A stretch of DNA of 64,000 bases from Okamejei kenojei. Lineage: Eukaryota. The position numbers were made by a program, and so were the translations under genes. Of the stretch, positions 29,496 through 41,400 are shown piece by piece (position 1 is the stretch's first letter; each line of letters opens with the position of its first letter). The stretch is from positions 25,606,001 through 25,670,000 of the forward strand of contig CM069162.1 of assembly GCA_035221665.1 (NCBI GenBank), in the 5' to 3' direction. The notes beneath the pieces were generated by a model. The model did no database searches. It was not told the origin of the DNA and saw only the letters and a list, made by a program, of their open reading frames with translations.

Positions 29496-30063
29496 TCAAC
29501 AACATTGCAGGAATTATCATCTGCAGAGCTTCCAACAACAGCATATCCAACATTGACAACTGCTCCATCTGTTAGTGTGTACCCATCTGAAACCCACCTA
29601 ACAACAACACCATTATCATCGCCATCTCAGTCCTCAGTAGAGACCTATCCAACAACACAAACATCCACAAACAAACCTTCATCAGAAACACATCCAACAA
29701 CAGTGGAATCGTCAAGGACACAGCATACAATGCAAGTGCCTTCAACCTCCGTGTCATCATCAAAAACACATCCAACAACATTACATGAATCATCAACAAG
29801 AATGCCATTCACAACTAAGATGACTACAAGTAAAATTCATTCTATCAGTTCAGTTCATTCAACTTCGAAAGTTTCAACACATCCAAATACTGTATCATCT
29901 ACCCTGCCTCCAGCACTGGACTACTGCAGTAGATGCCGTTGCCTGAATGGAGGTACTTGTAATTCAAGTGCAACAACAGAAGATCACTGTGTGTGTGATT
30001 GTCCTGCAGATACTTATGGTACTCATTGTGAATATGGACTTAACAATACCCATGCTGTACCCG
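1..30063 (+). CDS. Giant PTS (Ser/Thr/Pro-rich) exon of a MUC3/MUC12/MUC17-family transmembrane mucin, 5'-partial, ending in an EGF-like motif
   Basis: All long + ORFs are pieces of one S/T/E/P/H-rich repeat, broken by scattered 1-bp indels. The last ORF (27819-30071) runs into DYCSRCRCLNGGTCNSSATTEDHCVCDCPADTYGTHCEYG and a canonical donor CCG|GTAAGT at 30063/30064 (phase 1). Confidence 0.9.
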
Positions 30064-30529
30064 GTAAGTAAATTGCATTATTGTGGAATTTGTATGTCAA
30101 AAATGTTGATATTTATATTCTGCCCATATAGCTTAATACGAGAATGCAACATGTAGTCAAATGTAGTTAATCCGACAACTGGGAAGGTTATTGTATGTGT
30201 AATCGCCACCAATGGGGCTTTGCTAAATTAGAACTGACGTTAAAATGCCTCAGCATAGCTTGGGAAAACAATGAGCAAACACCCCTGTTCCTGATTGCTT
30301 TCTGTTTTTGTGGACATCAGTTTTTGTGAACGGATCAGGTTTCTGATTCAGCCTGTAGCGATTTCTCCTTATTTTTATGTAATGTAAAAATTGACATTAA
30401 ATTGACAATAACATAAAAATTATGTTATGTAAAAATTGACCTTTCAATAAGCAGTTGTAGAGGCATAACTGATCACATGGCTAGGATTGTTCCAATGTCT
30501 GTAGCTTTTCTGGTCTTCTTTTGCTGCAG

Positions 30530-30651
30530 GTACAAACATACCAAAGAGAGAAGTTTTTCTCATATTTCGGATAAACAGTACCTGGGATAAAAGGTTGGAA
30601 AACACTTCAAGCTTGCAATATAGAACTTATGTTCAACATTTGATTACAGAG
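30530..30651 (+). CDS. Mucin exon: SEA domain, N-terminal part
   Basis: Acceptor tcttcttttgctgcag|, donor GAG|gttggt. Phase 1 to 0. Translation GTNIPKREVFLIFRINSTWDKRLENTSSLQYRTYVQHLITE resembles the SEA pattern 'F/W...L.n.sS..Y'. Confidence 0.85.
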
Positions 30652-31014
30652 GTTGGTATAGATGTCTTGAAAGATTCTGTATTTAGATTCATCAATACTT
30701 CAAATACACTTGTATAATACATACTGTATCTTAAAAACTGATTTGTTATTAAATTATCTTTTTAGACTCGTGACATTATTCTGTAGCATTGTTTGGATAA
30801 AACCTGTCAGATTTACAGTAAAACATTGACACGTTTACGATTCTATTCTGAGTGAGAATAAATAACTAAAATAACTATTATCACTGCATTTTATACCACA
30901 ATGTAAATTACTGAAAACAAACATTTACCTAGTCCCTGTTATCTTTACTAGCCAGTAAACATTTTATGCCTGTGTTTAGCAAAAATAGTTGGTCTTCCTG
31001 GTAACCCAAAACTA

Positions 31015-31388
31015 AAATACTGCAGATGCTGAAAAACTGAAATGAAATCAGAAAATGCTGGGAATATTCCGCGAGTCTGGCAGCAACTGGAGTATGTATT
31101 TCAGCTTTGTGATCTTTTATTGGTACACTAAAAACTTAAAAATAAAATTAGTTTGATGCTGTAGAGTGAAAGGGAAAGGAAGGAAATAATAAAGAGAAAG
31201 ACTGTGATAGTGGCAATCAGGAGAAATTGAATGAGGTAACGTGATGGTGATAGCAAGATGGTTGTAAACGTATGGCTGAGGGAAATGGAAATGGAAGGCG
31301 ATGAACACAATCTGAAATGCCATCAGAGAAGTACAAAAAACTGAAAGCTGATCATGTTAAACCCAATAATAGAGGCTGACCAAATTAA
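31015..31388 (-). mobile_element. Old Penelope-related 3' fragment split by the L1 (continues at about 37710-37880)
   Basis: tgcagatgct...gaaaatgctgggaatattcc resembles the tail family described below. The flanks rejoin (ccaaattaag|atgaggcaac...gagaggtcagat) into a degenerate reverse complement of the GIY-YIG end at about 59090-59230. Confidence 0.5.
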
Positions 31389-32766
31389 GTTAATAAAGTG
31401 TAAGGGGAAAAAAAATGTGACTACAACTATGGTTAGTGCAGTTAGTATTGGTGTAAGCCACACTAGTGTGGCTATTAATCTATGGACTTCTGTGAAAAAA
31501 AAGATGTTAATAATCCCAGCTCCGTTTTTGCCTTAAGGGCTATATATGTCAGGGTGGGGTATTAAATTTATATACTTAATAATTAATAATACAACTAATA
31601 TCAAACATAGTTAGTATCATAGCACTATATTAGGAGAGCTAACATACATTTTTGAGGGGTAGTTAATACAAAATTATATTTATTAATAATCCATCCATCC
31701 CCCCTTGACCCCAAGATAGAGTCCATGAATTTCATTTTACTCAAGTCAAAAGATGGGGCAACTGAAACTGAAACTGAACTGACTGAATCAGCCGAGAAGC
31801 GTCTTGCCAAGAACAAGAGTTTATCAGAATTATTACACAAAATAACTGAGAAATGAATTGACTTGGAGGGACGTCAAAGGCGTCAGAATCTGCGTATTGT
31901 TAGATTGAGTGAAGGCCGAGAGGGAAATCAAGACCCTCGAAAATTTGCTGCAAAACTCCTAAAAGATATTCTGAACTTGGACCAAGAACCTCTACTGGGC
32001 TGAGCACATAGGGCATTGAGACGTACCCCTAGGAGGGATGCGCCCCCAAGACAGATGATAGTGAAGATGACAACATCAGTATCTTTAGAGATTACTCTGC
32101 AGAAGTGGCCAAGAGAAGATCTTTATTTTTACAGAAACAAGAGGTATCCTGAGGAACATAAAGAAACTGATATATAGCCTGATGTACCCGGCAACATTAA
32201 GGGTAACTTATGATAACAAGGAGCACCACTTCACCAAACATACAGAAGCTCTTGAATTCGCTCGAAACATTCAGAAGAAACTGGAAGAGGAAGAAGTAGA
32301 GGAAGAAGCAGATGAAGATGAAGGACACTGAATATTATTGATCACTTACCTGATGATACTGCCCACCCACAGAAAAGGAGGAGGATTCACACTGGAGGAT
32401 CCGCAGGGAAGGAGGGGGAACAATGGACATGGACTCTATCTTGGGGTCAAGGGGGGATGGATGGATTATTAATAAATATAATTTTGTATTAACTACCCCT
32501 CAAAAATGTATGTTAGCTCTCCTAATATAGTGCTATGATACTAACTATGTTTGATATTAGTTGTATTATTAATTATTAAGTATATAAATTTAATACCCCA
32601 CCCTGACATATATAGCCCTTAAGGCAAAAACGGAGCTGGGATTATTAACATCTTTTTTTTCACAGAAGTCCATAGATTAATAGCCACACTAGTGTGGCTT
32701 ACACCAATACTAACTGCACTAACCATAGTTGTAGTCACATTTTTTTTCCCCTTACACTTTATTAAC
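31389..32766. repeat. 339-bp inverted repeat (arms 31389-31727 and 32428-32766, 700-bp spacer)
   Basis: gttaataaagtgtaagggg...ccaagatagagtccatg is the reverse complement of catggactctatcttgg...ccccttacactttattaac. I saw no mismatch by eye, and the homopolymer lengths match. Confidence 0.95.
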
Positions 32767-33398
32767 ATCACTCACTTTACTCACATTTTTTATTATTATT
32801 TTTATATTATGTATTTAATTTCATATTATATATTATATAGATTTAAGTATGATTGGTATTATATAGTTAGTTCAAAGAGACGTGTGTATAAGACAATGAC
32901 ACAGATATTAACTTTCATCGATCTGATGTTTGGGTATAGTATTGGGTTAGATGAGCTGAGACATCTACTCCATTATAAACCACCTTAATAATAATATGTA
33001 TGACATAAACACTAGAATTGGGGGTGATGGAATCACCTCTGTAGTTGGAATGTTAAGGGAATTAACGAACCAATTAAAAGAGATAAGGTTTTAGCTCAAT
33101 TAAATAGATTGAAATCTGATATTATTTTTCTCCAAGAGACACACCTTAAAAAAGACGCTCAGTATAGATTAACAGCAAAATGGATTTCCAAAGTATATCA
33201 CTCTTCATTTACACATAAGTCTAGAGGGGTAGCAATAATTATTCGTAAAGGTATACCTTTTAAACAAAGCTCAATAATAGAAGATGTTGAGGGTAGAAAT
33301 ATAATAATTACAGGTGAATTATATTCTAAAAAAGTAATCCTTATGAATATATATGGTCCTAATTTTGATAATCCATTATTCTTCAAGGAAATATTTAA

Positions 33399-33863
33399 CA
33401 TTATTACCCATATCACACATCTGAGCTATGCTTTTACAAAATTGTATTCCCTTCGTTTTGAGTGCCAGCAGGGTTAACAGGGGAATATTTTCTTGTATTC
33501 CCCTTTCTTGCGAACGCCTATGGACTTTACGTGTTAAAACAGCGGTAAATATAGTCTTATATTCCCCTGGTCTCACATCCGGGAACTTGGCAATGTGACG
33601 CTGCGTGGGAAATTTAGAATTTGTTCTCGACAAAACAAGCAAAATGGCAGCCTCCTGCGAGAAGAGGTTCGCGACTTTTGACAGAAGATTTTCCTCTAGA
33701 TGTCTGATATGGGTAATAATAACAATATTGACTGTCCTCTTTCGGGGGATACGACATATATTGCCCTCACTAGATCCATATTGCCCTCTTCTTCGACTCG
33801 GGCAATATGAATCTACTTCAGGCAATATATGTCGTATCCCCCTCAAGGCCAGTCAATATTCTA
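33399..33863. mobile_element. 465-bp non-autonomous palindromic DNA element inserted at TTAA inside the L1 endonuclease
   Basis: TTAA flanks both sides (33395-33398 and 33864-33867). Removing 469 bp restores the EN frame EIFN-IPISTQHNLIIGGDFN. It has a 23-bp inverted repeat (33400-33422 / 33698-33720) and a long hairpin at 33724-33860. Confidence 0.85.
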
Positions 33864-36800
33864 TTAATATCCCTATATCCACTCAACATAATCTAATAAT
33901 TGGAGGTGATTTTAATTGTATCTTAGATAATTATTTAGATAGATCATCAATGAAAAGAAAAACCACTTCTAAGTCAAGTACACTTATAAATTATTTTATT
34001 AACACAGCAAACGTTAAGGATATCTGGAGAATAGATAACCAATCTGGTCGAGAATATTCATTCTTTTCCCCTATATTTAGAACCTACTCAAGGATAGACT
34101 ATTTTTAATAGATTCAAAACTAATCCCATTTACATATGACTCAAAATATCATAATATTATTATCTTGGATCATGCTCCATTAACATTTAAGATAAAATTA
34201 AAATACATAACTATTAAAACCTCTAACTGGAGACTCAACCCCCAAATATCAAATGATAGGGCTTGTTATGATTACTTGGTAAAACAGATTAAATTATTTT
34301 TTGAAACTAATGACAAACCTAGAATTTCACCATCACTGCTTTGGGATACATTTAAAGCATTTATGCGTGGTGCGATAATATCAGCACACGCATACTTTAA
34401 TAAGGAAAATCGAAAGACTCAACAAAAGTTGGAAAATGAAATAAAACAATTAGATATTGAAAATGCAATATCTCCTTCAAAGGGGCTAAGTAATAAAATT
34501 GCATCATTAAAATATAAGCTAAATAAAATATACTCAAATCAGATTATTAAACTTTTTCAACAGACTAAACAAGTACATTTTGAATTTGGGGATAAACCAC
34601 AAAATTTACTGGCACGCCAGCTTAGAAAATTAGATGAGGAGAAAATGATACATAAAATTCGATCTGAACAAGGAGAAATATTGACTTTACCAAAGGATAT
34701 CAATGATACATTTTTACAATGTTATCAAAATCTTTACTCATCTAAACTAGCAGGACAATCAGATGGAATGGAAACATTCCTACAAGAATGTCATATTAAC
34801 AGTTTGGATCAGGAAGGTAGAGACTTGTTAAATGCTGATATATCAGTAAAAGATATTGAGGAATCAATTGGATCATTAAATAACGGAAAAGCCGCAGGTC
34901 CTGATGGCTTAAGTGTTGAATTTTATAAGAGGTTTTATGATCTGATCTCTCCACGTTTACATACAATATATAAATATGCTTATGAACAAGGAAAGTTACC
35001 AGAATCATTAAATGTATCTACAATTACACTTATCCCTAAAGCTGATAAAGATTTGGACGGCCCTGGGTCATACAGAGCAATAGCTCTTTTAAACACTAAT
35101 CACAAAATACTAACTAAAATGTTATCTTGGAGGCTACGTTTAGTGATTAATAACTTAATACATCATGACCAAACAGGTTTTATTCCAAAACGCTATTCAA
35201 CTTATAATCTGAGACGTCTATTCAATATCATGTACTCAAAAAGAGTGAATGATATTGAACTAGCTGTCATATCCTTAGATGCTGAAAAAGCATTTGACCA
35301 GGTTGAATGGCCATATTTATTTTAAATAATGCAGAAATTTCAACTGGGGGATAGATTTTCCAAATGGGTAAAAATCATATACTCGAATCCAACTGCAAGA
35401 ATATTAACAAATCAAATGTTATCAGCAAAATTTAATCTCTTTAGGCGTTGGTACACAAGGATGCCCATTATCACCATTACCATTTGCTTTGGTAATAGAA
35501 CCATTAGCCAAAATGATTAGATCAGAACCAGAAATATATGGATATAATACCAAAACTACAACAAATAAAATATCTCTATACACAGATGACATCTTAATTT
35601 ATATCACAAAACCGGAGATTAGTATTCCCAATCTATTTAATGTTATAACTAAGTTTGGAACATTTTCTGGGTATAGAATTAATTGGAATAAAAGTCAAAT
35701 TATGCCTATAACTGGAATAAAATTAAATATTAGAACAATTCCCACTTAAAATAGTCACGGACAAACTCAAATATCTAAGAACTAATGTATCTAAGTCCTA
35801 TAACTGTCTATTTAAATATAATTACCCTCAATTATTAAATAAACTAAAAATATATATTTTATATTGGAAAACACTACCTTTCTCAATGATCGGTAGAATA
35901 AATGCTATAAAAATTATTTTTTTGCCACAATTGTTATATTTATTTCAAGCCATCCCTTTATATCTCCCTAAAATGTTTTTTTAAAAAAAATAGATACTTT
36001 GGTTAATAGTTTTATTTGGGACTATAAAAATCATCGAATAAGTAAAAAACATCTATGTAAATCTAAAATAAAATAAATGGTGGACTAGCACTACCAAATT
36101 TCTTATATTATTTCTGGGCAGTTCAGATTAAGAATATGAATTTTTGGTTGGTAAATTTAGATCATGAGCCAAGCTGGCTAAAGATGGAAAAGGAAGACTG
36201 TTTGCCTTTTGATGTAGGTTCGATTCTTTTTGCACCAAGGGAAGTACCAAAAAAAACGTAAATTGACAACCCTATAATTCATTGGGTTTAATAATCCAAA
36301 TAATAGACGTATTTGGAAACAAATAGTTAAGACCCTACATATGGATAATTTGTTTGCCAATTATGAATAATTATGAATAATCCTTTGTTTGGGCCCTCTG
36401 TATTGGACAAGGGGTTTAGACACTGGAATGATTTAGGAATTAAAAGGATTGAACACCTTTACAAGAAAGGAACATTTCTTTCATTTCAAGAGTTACAGGA
36501 TATCTATGGATTGCAGTCAAATAACATATTTAGGTATTTACAAATTAGAAACTATATTAAGTCAAATACGCAAGACCATAAAAATAGAAAACCAGGATTA
36601 TTAGATGAATTGTTTAATAAACACCCAAATACAGAAAAATTAATAACGTATATATACAATACTATTTTGGATAGGGAAATCCCAACTTCGGAAATATATC
36701 GACAAACATGGGAAAATGAAATAGGTTTATCTATAACGAAGGTAATTTGGGAAGAAAGCCTACAACGTATACATTGTTGCTCATTAAATGGTAGACGTAT

Positions 36801-37914
36801 ATTGATACAATTTAAAGTATTACACAGATTACATTATTCAAAAACGAAATTAAATAGAATTTATCCTAACATTTCTTCTATTTGTGATAAATGTCAGAAC
36901 TTGGAAGCTAACTTAACGCATAGTTTTGTAACATGTATAAAACTCAATTATTATTGGACAGAAATCTTTAGAATTATCTCTGAAGTTCTTAAAATTAAAC
37001 TGGACCCAGATCCAAAATTAATAATATTAGGAGTTCCGGATTCAAATCTAATATTAACAGTAAACCTAAGAAATTTCATGGATTACTGTTTGATAATAGG
37101 GAAAAAATTAATATTGATATTTTGGAAGGGAACATTATCCCCCACAATTAAAATGTGGACAGTGGAAATGTTGGAGACGTTGCATTTGGAAAGAATCAGA
37201 TTTGTCCTAATGGACAAATACGAACTCTTTGAACAGATATGGTCTCCATATACAGAATATTTGAAGGGGTAGCTGTTCTTGGCATCACAACTCAATGGGT
37301 ACCCGGCAGGATTAGATGAAAATGACTCTCTGTTTTTTTTAAATTTGTATACATGTCTCTATTGATATCGTTATTTGAAATTGTGTTATTCACTATTAAG
37401 ATGTATACTATAATCTCTTTTTTATATATATATATAATACTTTGTTTTAATTAGATATATATAACAAGAATATATATATTTTTTTCTCTCTTCTCTTTCT
37501 CTCTATCTTTAATCAAAATTATTATTTAATCACTATTCTTATTGATTAAAATCTATTCTTTTCTTTTTCTACTTTCTAAAAAATAGAAGTTTATAAGAAT
37601 TATTCGTAACATTCGTATACTTATTGAAATAAGTTGGTTGTGTATTTGAAAAGTTGTTATACCCGTTGTTATGATGGATTACTTCTAATAAAAATATTAT
37701 TACAAAAAAGATGAGGCAACATTTCTTAAGCCTTTCTTGAGCCCTTTGGAACAAAGCAGGAGGACAATGCTAGAGAGGTCAGATGAAGAATTAAAGTGGA
37801 AGCCCAGCGCTGGGTTGTCGTGTTCATTGAGAAGCATTCTGCAAAATGCTCTCTCTATCTACATTTAGTTTCTCCAATATAGAAGAGGCCATATTTTGAG
37901 TACTAAAATGCAGG

Positions 37915-38260
37915 ATACTGTCCCACTTTCACGACATAATTCATGACCTCTGGCGAGTTTGCCTTTGACTCATACTCGCAACATGGTAGTCACCAAGAGC
38001 GGAACTCGCTGTAAAAACATGGAGGGGACGGGGGACACAAATTTTTGGCGGCCGCGCGCGCATGCACGCACTCACCCACACATGCGCATGCGCACACTCA
38101 CCCACATCATGTCCCGCCCCCATTGCCTGCTGACCGACGTCTCTCTCGTCCAATCGGCGCCCTCGATCAGCAGTCCCATCTCCACTGTCTCTCGGAAAGC
38201 GGAGACTTTAAAATCCGGATCACAAAAACTTGGGGGGTATGTCCCCCAACGGGGGCGAAC
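37915..38260. mobile_element. GC/CpG-rich relic(s), probably DNA transposon/MITE fragments
   Basis: Abrupt CpG-rich patch. Starts with ctgtcccact (resembles a PIF/Harbinger-type TIR core), followed by gcgcgcgcatgc/gcgcatgcgc palindromes. No partner TIR found. Confidence 0.35.
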
Positions 38261-38490
38261 ACAAAGGCCAGGTGTTGCATTTGCACTTTTATCCTCTCTC
38301 ATCCTGTCAACCTGTCAAGGGATGCAAACACTCTTTAGGCTTGGTTTTATTATGTGTTCCGAAGTACAGTAAAAAACATTGTTTTGCATGCTATCTTATT
38401 ATAACATATTAACAATCAAGCCAAATTCAGATACAATAGGTCAGGCAAAGGGGAGGTTGAGTGGTGTGGGCTGAATCACCTGCATATCTT

Positions 38491-41400
38491 TAAAAGAATC
38501 AATGAAACAGGAAAGAACGACTGAAGGATTCATTTTTGCTATCTACTGCGTAAAGTTCTACTCCTCCCTGCGTAAGTTCTACTCCATCCTGTGTAGTAAC
38601 GGCAATAATAAGTTGGACATTGGAAATGTTTGAAATTGCCATTATAGTAAAGTAAGAACTGTTCTCTATGAGTGGAACTGAAGCTTGGAAAACTGGAACA
38701 ACAGATCTGCCTGACACCGTCAACTTGACAAGATCACCACCTGCACTAAGCTGAATAATGAAGATTGGAAACTTCGAAAGCCAATCGTGAGTAAACGTAC
38801 AGCATTAAGCTTTAAGAACGGCTACTTTCAGTCATATTGGCCAAGATGGCTGTATTAGAATGGCTACTTTAAGCTTTATTGGAAAAGCTAAAGGTACAGC
38901 TGAATGTACTGCAGAAGCTTTATTGGAAAAGCTATACGAGAAGCTGCAAGTATCTGTATTGACAATGACTGTTTCTATGGAAACATGTACGGTGACCTTG
39001 AAAATCTCTACAATATCTTTGTATTGAAATATCAGCCACAGATTGTTTTGAATTCCAGTCTGGAAGCATACGTCATTACATCAACACGTCTTAAAGGAAT
39101 AGTGAGCCAAAGCTCAGCGACAAGAGGGTAAAGTGGAACACGATTCTGGAAAATGTGAAAGAAGAACCATTAAACTCACTGACAACGGCCAGGTATTGCT
39201 CTTGGAAAGATATGAGGTCAAGAATGCGTTCTGTAAACAAGCTGTCAAGCTAATTGAAAAGCTGAAGGAGCTCATGAAATTAGATGAAAATGTGAAAGAA
39301 CTACAATCTAACCTGGTTCAATTAACTGAGCTCTGCAATTAAGTCAGAAAATACCATGAGTCATTGCTGGAAATACCAATGCCTGAAGAGGAGCTTGAAA
39401 GGTGAGATCAGTGGTTTAAAAAAAGAATGGAATCTTTTAATGGTTTTATACAAGATGTGGAAAGGTGGTTATCTGAAGATGGACAGCAAACTACACACTC
39501 CATAGTTGAAGGTGCCTTACAACAGAGTGTTGTAGAATCCGAAATTAGACCTGAAGACAGTATTTCAAATGTCTCAAGAAAACTATCAAGTCACAAATCT
39601 GGTGGATCTTCAAAGACCTCTGCTTGCATAAAAAGCTCAGGCAGAAGAGGCTGCTCGTTTAGCCAGGGTTGCCGCCTTGAACAAGAAGCACAAAAGGAGC
39701 AATGGAAAAGAGAGATTGTGCTGGCAGCAACCGATACCAAGCTTGAGCTTGAGGCACAAGCTAAATATTTTATAAGAAAGATGTAACAGCTGGAACTAGA
39801 GGTGGAGCTGGCAGCAACCAATGCAAGGTTCAATGTACTTGAGGCCAAGAGATCAAGAAGAAGTGGTCATACATTGGAGCGATGTCCACAGATCGAGGCC
39901 AAGAAGGAGCACAGAGAAAGGACGGACTTCTTAAAGGAGAAGGGAGTCTGCTTTGGATATTTGAAGAAAGGACACATGAGTAGAGACTGCAAGAGTCGTA
40001 TGACTTGTGATGTGTGCAAACAAGATCATCCTGAAATACTTCACACTGAACAGAAGAACACAGAGAATAAGCTGGAGCATACAGAACAGAATGAGAAGCC
40101 AACTGTGAGTAATGTTGTTTTCTCAGCTAAGATGTGTGCGCATATTGGGGCTGGTGAAGAAACCTGTATCTTCTCCATCTTGCCGGTACAGGTAAAGAGC
40201 CACAAGGGGGACACGGGGTTGCAAACATACGCCTTTTTGGATCACGGAAGTTCAACTACCTTTTGCACAGAAAGCTTGGTGAAAAGGCTGAACATTACAG
40301 GTCAAAAGACTAAGATTCTCTTGAGTATCATGAATGAAGAGAAGTCTGTGTTCAGTCATCATAGACGGTTTGGAAATATCTAGTCTGGACAAAGACAATT
40401 TTATACAGCTATCTGATGTGTTCACACATAAGACCATGCCTGTTTCTAAAGTAAACATTCCCAAGCAGGAAGGCCTGAAACAATGGCCTTACTTCAAGGA
40501 TATCAAGATTCCTAAAATAGAATCTGGCATCGACCTACTTATCAAAACAAAAGGTATTGGAACCTTGGGAGCTGGTCAACAGCCAAGGGGAAGGACCATT
40601 CGCCGTAAGGACCCTACTCGGATGGGTCATCTATGGTCCCCTGCGAAGAGGCAACAAAAGCAAGGATGTAAATGACTGCCCTGCTGCTGCTGTCAATCGA
40701 ATATCTACTGTAAACTTAGAGGAGCTACTGGTCAAGCAATACAATCATGACTTCAGTGAAAGAACCAGCAAGGAAGCAGAAGAAATGCCCAGAGAAGTGG
40801 TAAAGTTCTTGGATATTATGAATCACTCAGTAAAGATGATAGATGGATACTATTGTCTAGACTTATCTATCAAACAAGAAAGCTTCAGTTTGCTGAATAA
40901 CCGTTGCTTGCAGTGCAGTGCATCCAGAACCTGAAACACAGGTTTGGCAAGAATAGAAAATGTCATGATGAATATACATCTTTCCTCACAGAAATGATTG
41001 ATAATTGTTATGCTGCAATGGTACCAGTGGACCAGCTGAATTGAAGTGATGGAGAGAACTTGTACATCCCACACCATGGGGGGTATCACTCAAGGAAAGG
41101 GACCTTGAGGGTCGTCTTTGACTGTGGGACAGTCTTCAAAGGAACATTACTTTACTGCCAACCGTTGCAGGGTCCAGACCTTACCAACTCATTCATTAGA
41201 GTTCTCATCAGATTCAGACAAGAACCGGTTGCATTGATGGCTGATATCAAAGCAATGTTTCATCAAGTCAAGGTATCAGAAAAGCATAATGACTATTGGC
41301 GATTCCTGTGGTGGCCCGAGGATGATCTGAAACAAGATCTTGATGAATACCGGATGCAGGTACATCTTTTTGGAGCAGTGCCATCACCAAGTTGTGTAAA

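Larger units (their letters stand above)
31389..37709 (+). mobile_element. L1-clade non-LTR retrotransposon (fish-type), 5'-truncated with an inverted 5' segment, defective
   Basis: ORF1 remnant at 31728-32331 (DLEGRQRRQNLRIV...AHRAL, acidic tail). ORF2 at about 32996-37272: APE endonuclease (SWNVKG, FLQETHL, IYGPN, IGGDFN, YSRIDYF, DH), RT (KAAGPDG, YRAIALLN, DQTGF, LDAEKAFD, YTDD) and Cys-His knuckle (CDKC...HSFVTC). AT-rich 3' UTR with AATAAA and a short A tail at 37687-37709. Several stops and frameshifts. Confidence 0.95.

Noticed and set aside
558-29808. Recurrent minus-strand ORFs (MVVFGLDCDESS..., MKRLSMLDMLL..., MVLKRTHSL..., MKLQLSFDV...) and alternative + frames in the array
   Set aside because: These are shadows of ACA/TCA-rich mucin codons repeated with the unit. 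They have no domain signal or splice support.
31389-32766. Inverted repeat as the TIRs of a 1.4-kb DNA transposon
   Set aside because: The spacer is L1 ORF1, and the right arm is continuous with the L1 inter-ORF region leading into ORF2. No transposase or TSD.
33376-34108. ORFs 33376-33846 (-) and 33605-34108 (+) sharing RGIRHILP...YCP as a novel gene pair
   Set aside because: The shared peptide results from reading the DNA hairpin on both strands. The + ORF's C-terminus is just L1 endonuclease.
37941-38412. Overlapping short ORFs in the GC-rich patch
   Set aside because: Open frames are expected from GC content and low complexity. No recognisable protein.
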